Assembly (NCBI RefSeq): GCF_009914755.1
Contig: NC_060929.1
DNA: 64,000 nt
Direction: 5' to 3' (one strand)
From: the human T2T-CHM13v2.0 reference genome, Homo sapiens
A program made the translations under genes and the position numbers. Of the stretch, positions 62,781-64,000 are shown piece by piece (position 1 is the stretch's first letter; each line of letters starts with the position of its first letter). The notes under the pieces were generated by a model that saw only the letters and a list, made by a program, of their open reading frames with translations, had not been told where the DNA came from and searched no databases.

Positions 62781-64000
62781 GTTAGAGGAAGAATGAGGTA
62801 GAATTTTTAAAGTGAAGATCATACACTTTTGGACATCAACTAAGGGCATGCCTGAGTTAAGGCATTGCGATGGATAAAAAAGTGACTTTGCCCTGAGAAA
62901 CACTACACCAAAATATTTATTGGGCATTTTCTCTGTGTCAAGTATTCTTCATACATAATCTCAGGTAATTCTTTCAAAAGCTCTGTGAAATAGGTACTCA
63001 TACAAACAGAAAACTCAGGCAGAGAGAGGCTAAGTCACTGGCCCAGGGTTGCCCAGCTACAGGAAGCATAGCTAGGTTTAATTCGGGGACTGGAAAGTGA
63101 ATGTTCTTTCCACTGCACCACATCACATTGAAATATCACACAGGGTAGGTATGATAAATGCTCTGAAAGTGACATAAATTGCCAGGAGAATTTATGGAAT
63201 AACTAGTGTTACTGGTAGTTATAATGGTAGTGGTATTCATAGTAGTGTGGTAGTTAAGAAACCTCAATTAGGTGTTGTAGGTGTTCATGGTATTTGAACA
63301 GGGCATCTATTTTTTCAGAAATGTGTGCCATGCTTTTATAGTTTGTCACAAAGGAGCTCCCCACCTGAAGCTTGTGGTTGCTACCTGGTTCCTCTGCCGT
63401 CAAGAGGTACCAGAGCTCAAAGCAGGACCCCAAGGGTCACAAAAGAAATGGAATCTGCAGGACTTCCTGTGGCTCCTCCTAAACTCTTCCCCGGGCCTCC
63501 TCAGTTACCGTGCATTGTCTGCAGAGATTTCTTGTGGCTGTGGCGACATGGGAGGGAGCATGCAGCCAGGAACAAGAGGCATTACAGAGTGGGAGCTGCC
63601 AGCCCACAGCTTCAGCTTAATGTGATGGGCCTGCCTGCTAATTTAGGCTGACATATTCCATGATGTACTACTTAATGGGGAAGGGCTCCGTGTAGGTATC
63701 TGGGGATGGAGCCTCTAATGCTTTGCTCAGATAAGACAGGGGGGATGGAGAGCTGAATGCCGCTCGTGGTATTCCAACATCAGTCCCAGGCCTACGTCAA
63801 GGCTTGTCTGCTGCCCAGTGACTCCCCTCACAAGGAGAAAGAGGGAAGTTTGGTGGTTCAAGCAGGACACGATGGACCGATTAGGAAACCACATTGCGAC
63901 TGTGTTTTTCATCTGCTCTGGCCACATTCTCCCTTTAAGGCCAGGCAGGAAGGAGATCCGGACACTATTCCCTGAGTCAGGTCCACAGTCAATTGTTAAG

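Overview
This window is human (primate) genomic DNA covering the 3' part of PPP2R2B (PP2A regulatory subunit B55-beta) on the minus strand. Five coding exons join in frame: 60618-60441, 48309-48145, 10356-10187, 2958-2867 and 122-<1. The 12.1-kb intron 48310-60440 is a minor-spliceosome (U12-type) GT-AG intron. The 37.8-kb intron 10357-48144 holds a full-length, human-specific pre-Ta L1HS (about 19377-25432, + strand, 18-bp TSD) nested in an old L1MA-type element. This L1 has an open 1275-aa ORF2, a frameshifted ORF1 and an intact antisense ORF0. The first ORF0 splice donor is in phase with the next PPP2R2B exon, which predicts a possible in-frame ORF0-B55beta chimera driven by the L1 antisense promoter. 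The rest is intronic repeat (Alu, MIR, L2, MaLR/ERVL LTRs, hAT MITEs), a few short tandem duplications, and an unexplained degenerate ~29-bp periodic array at about 16846-17140. Repeat subfamily names and consensus comparisons are from recall, not from a search.
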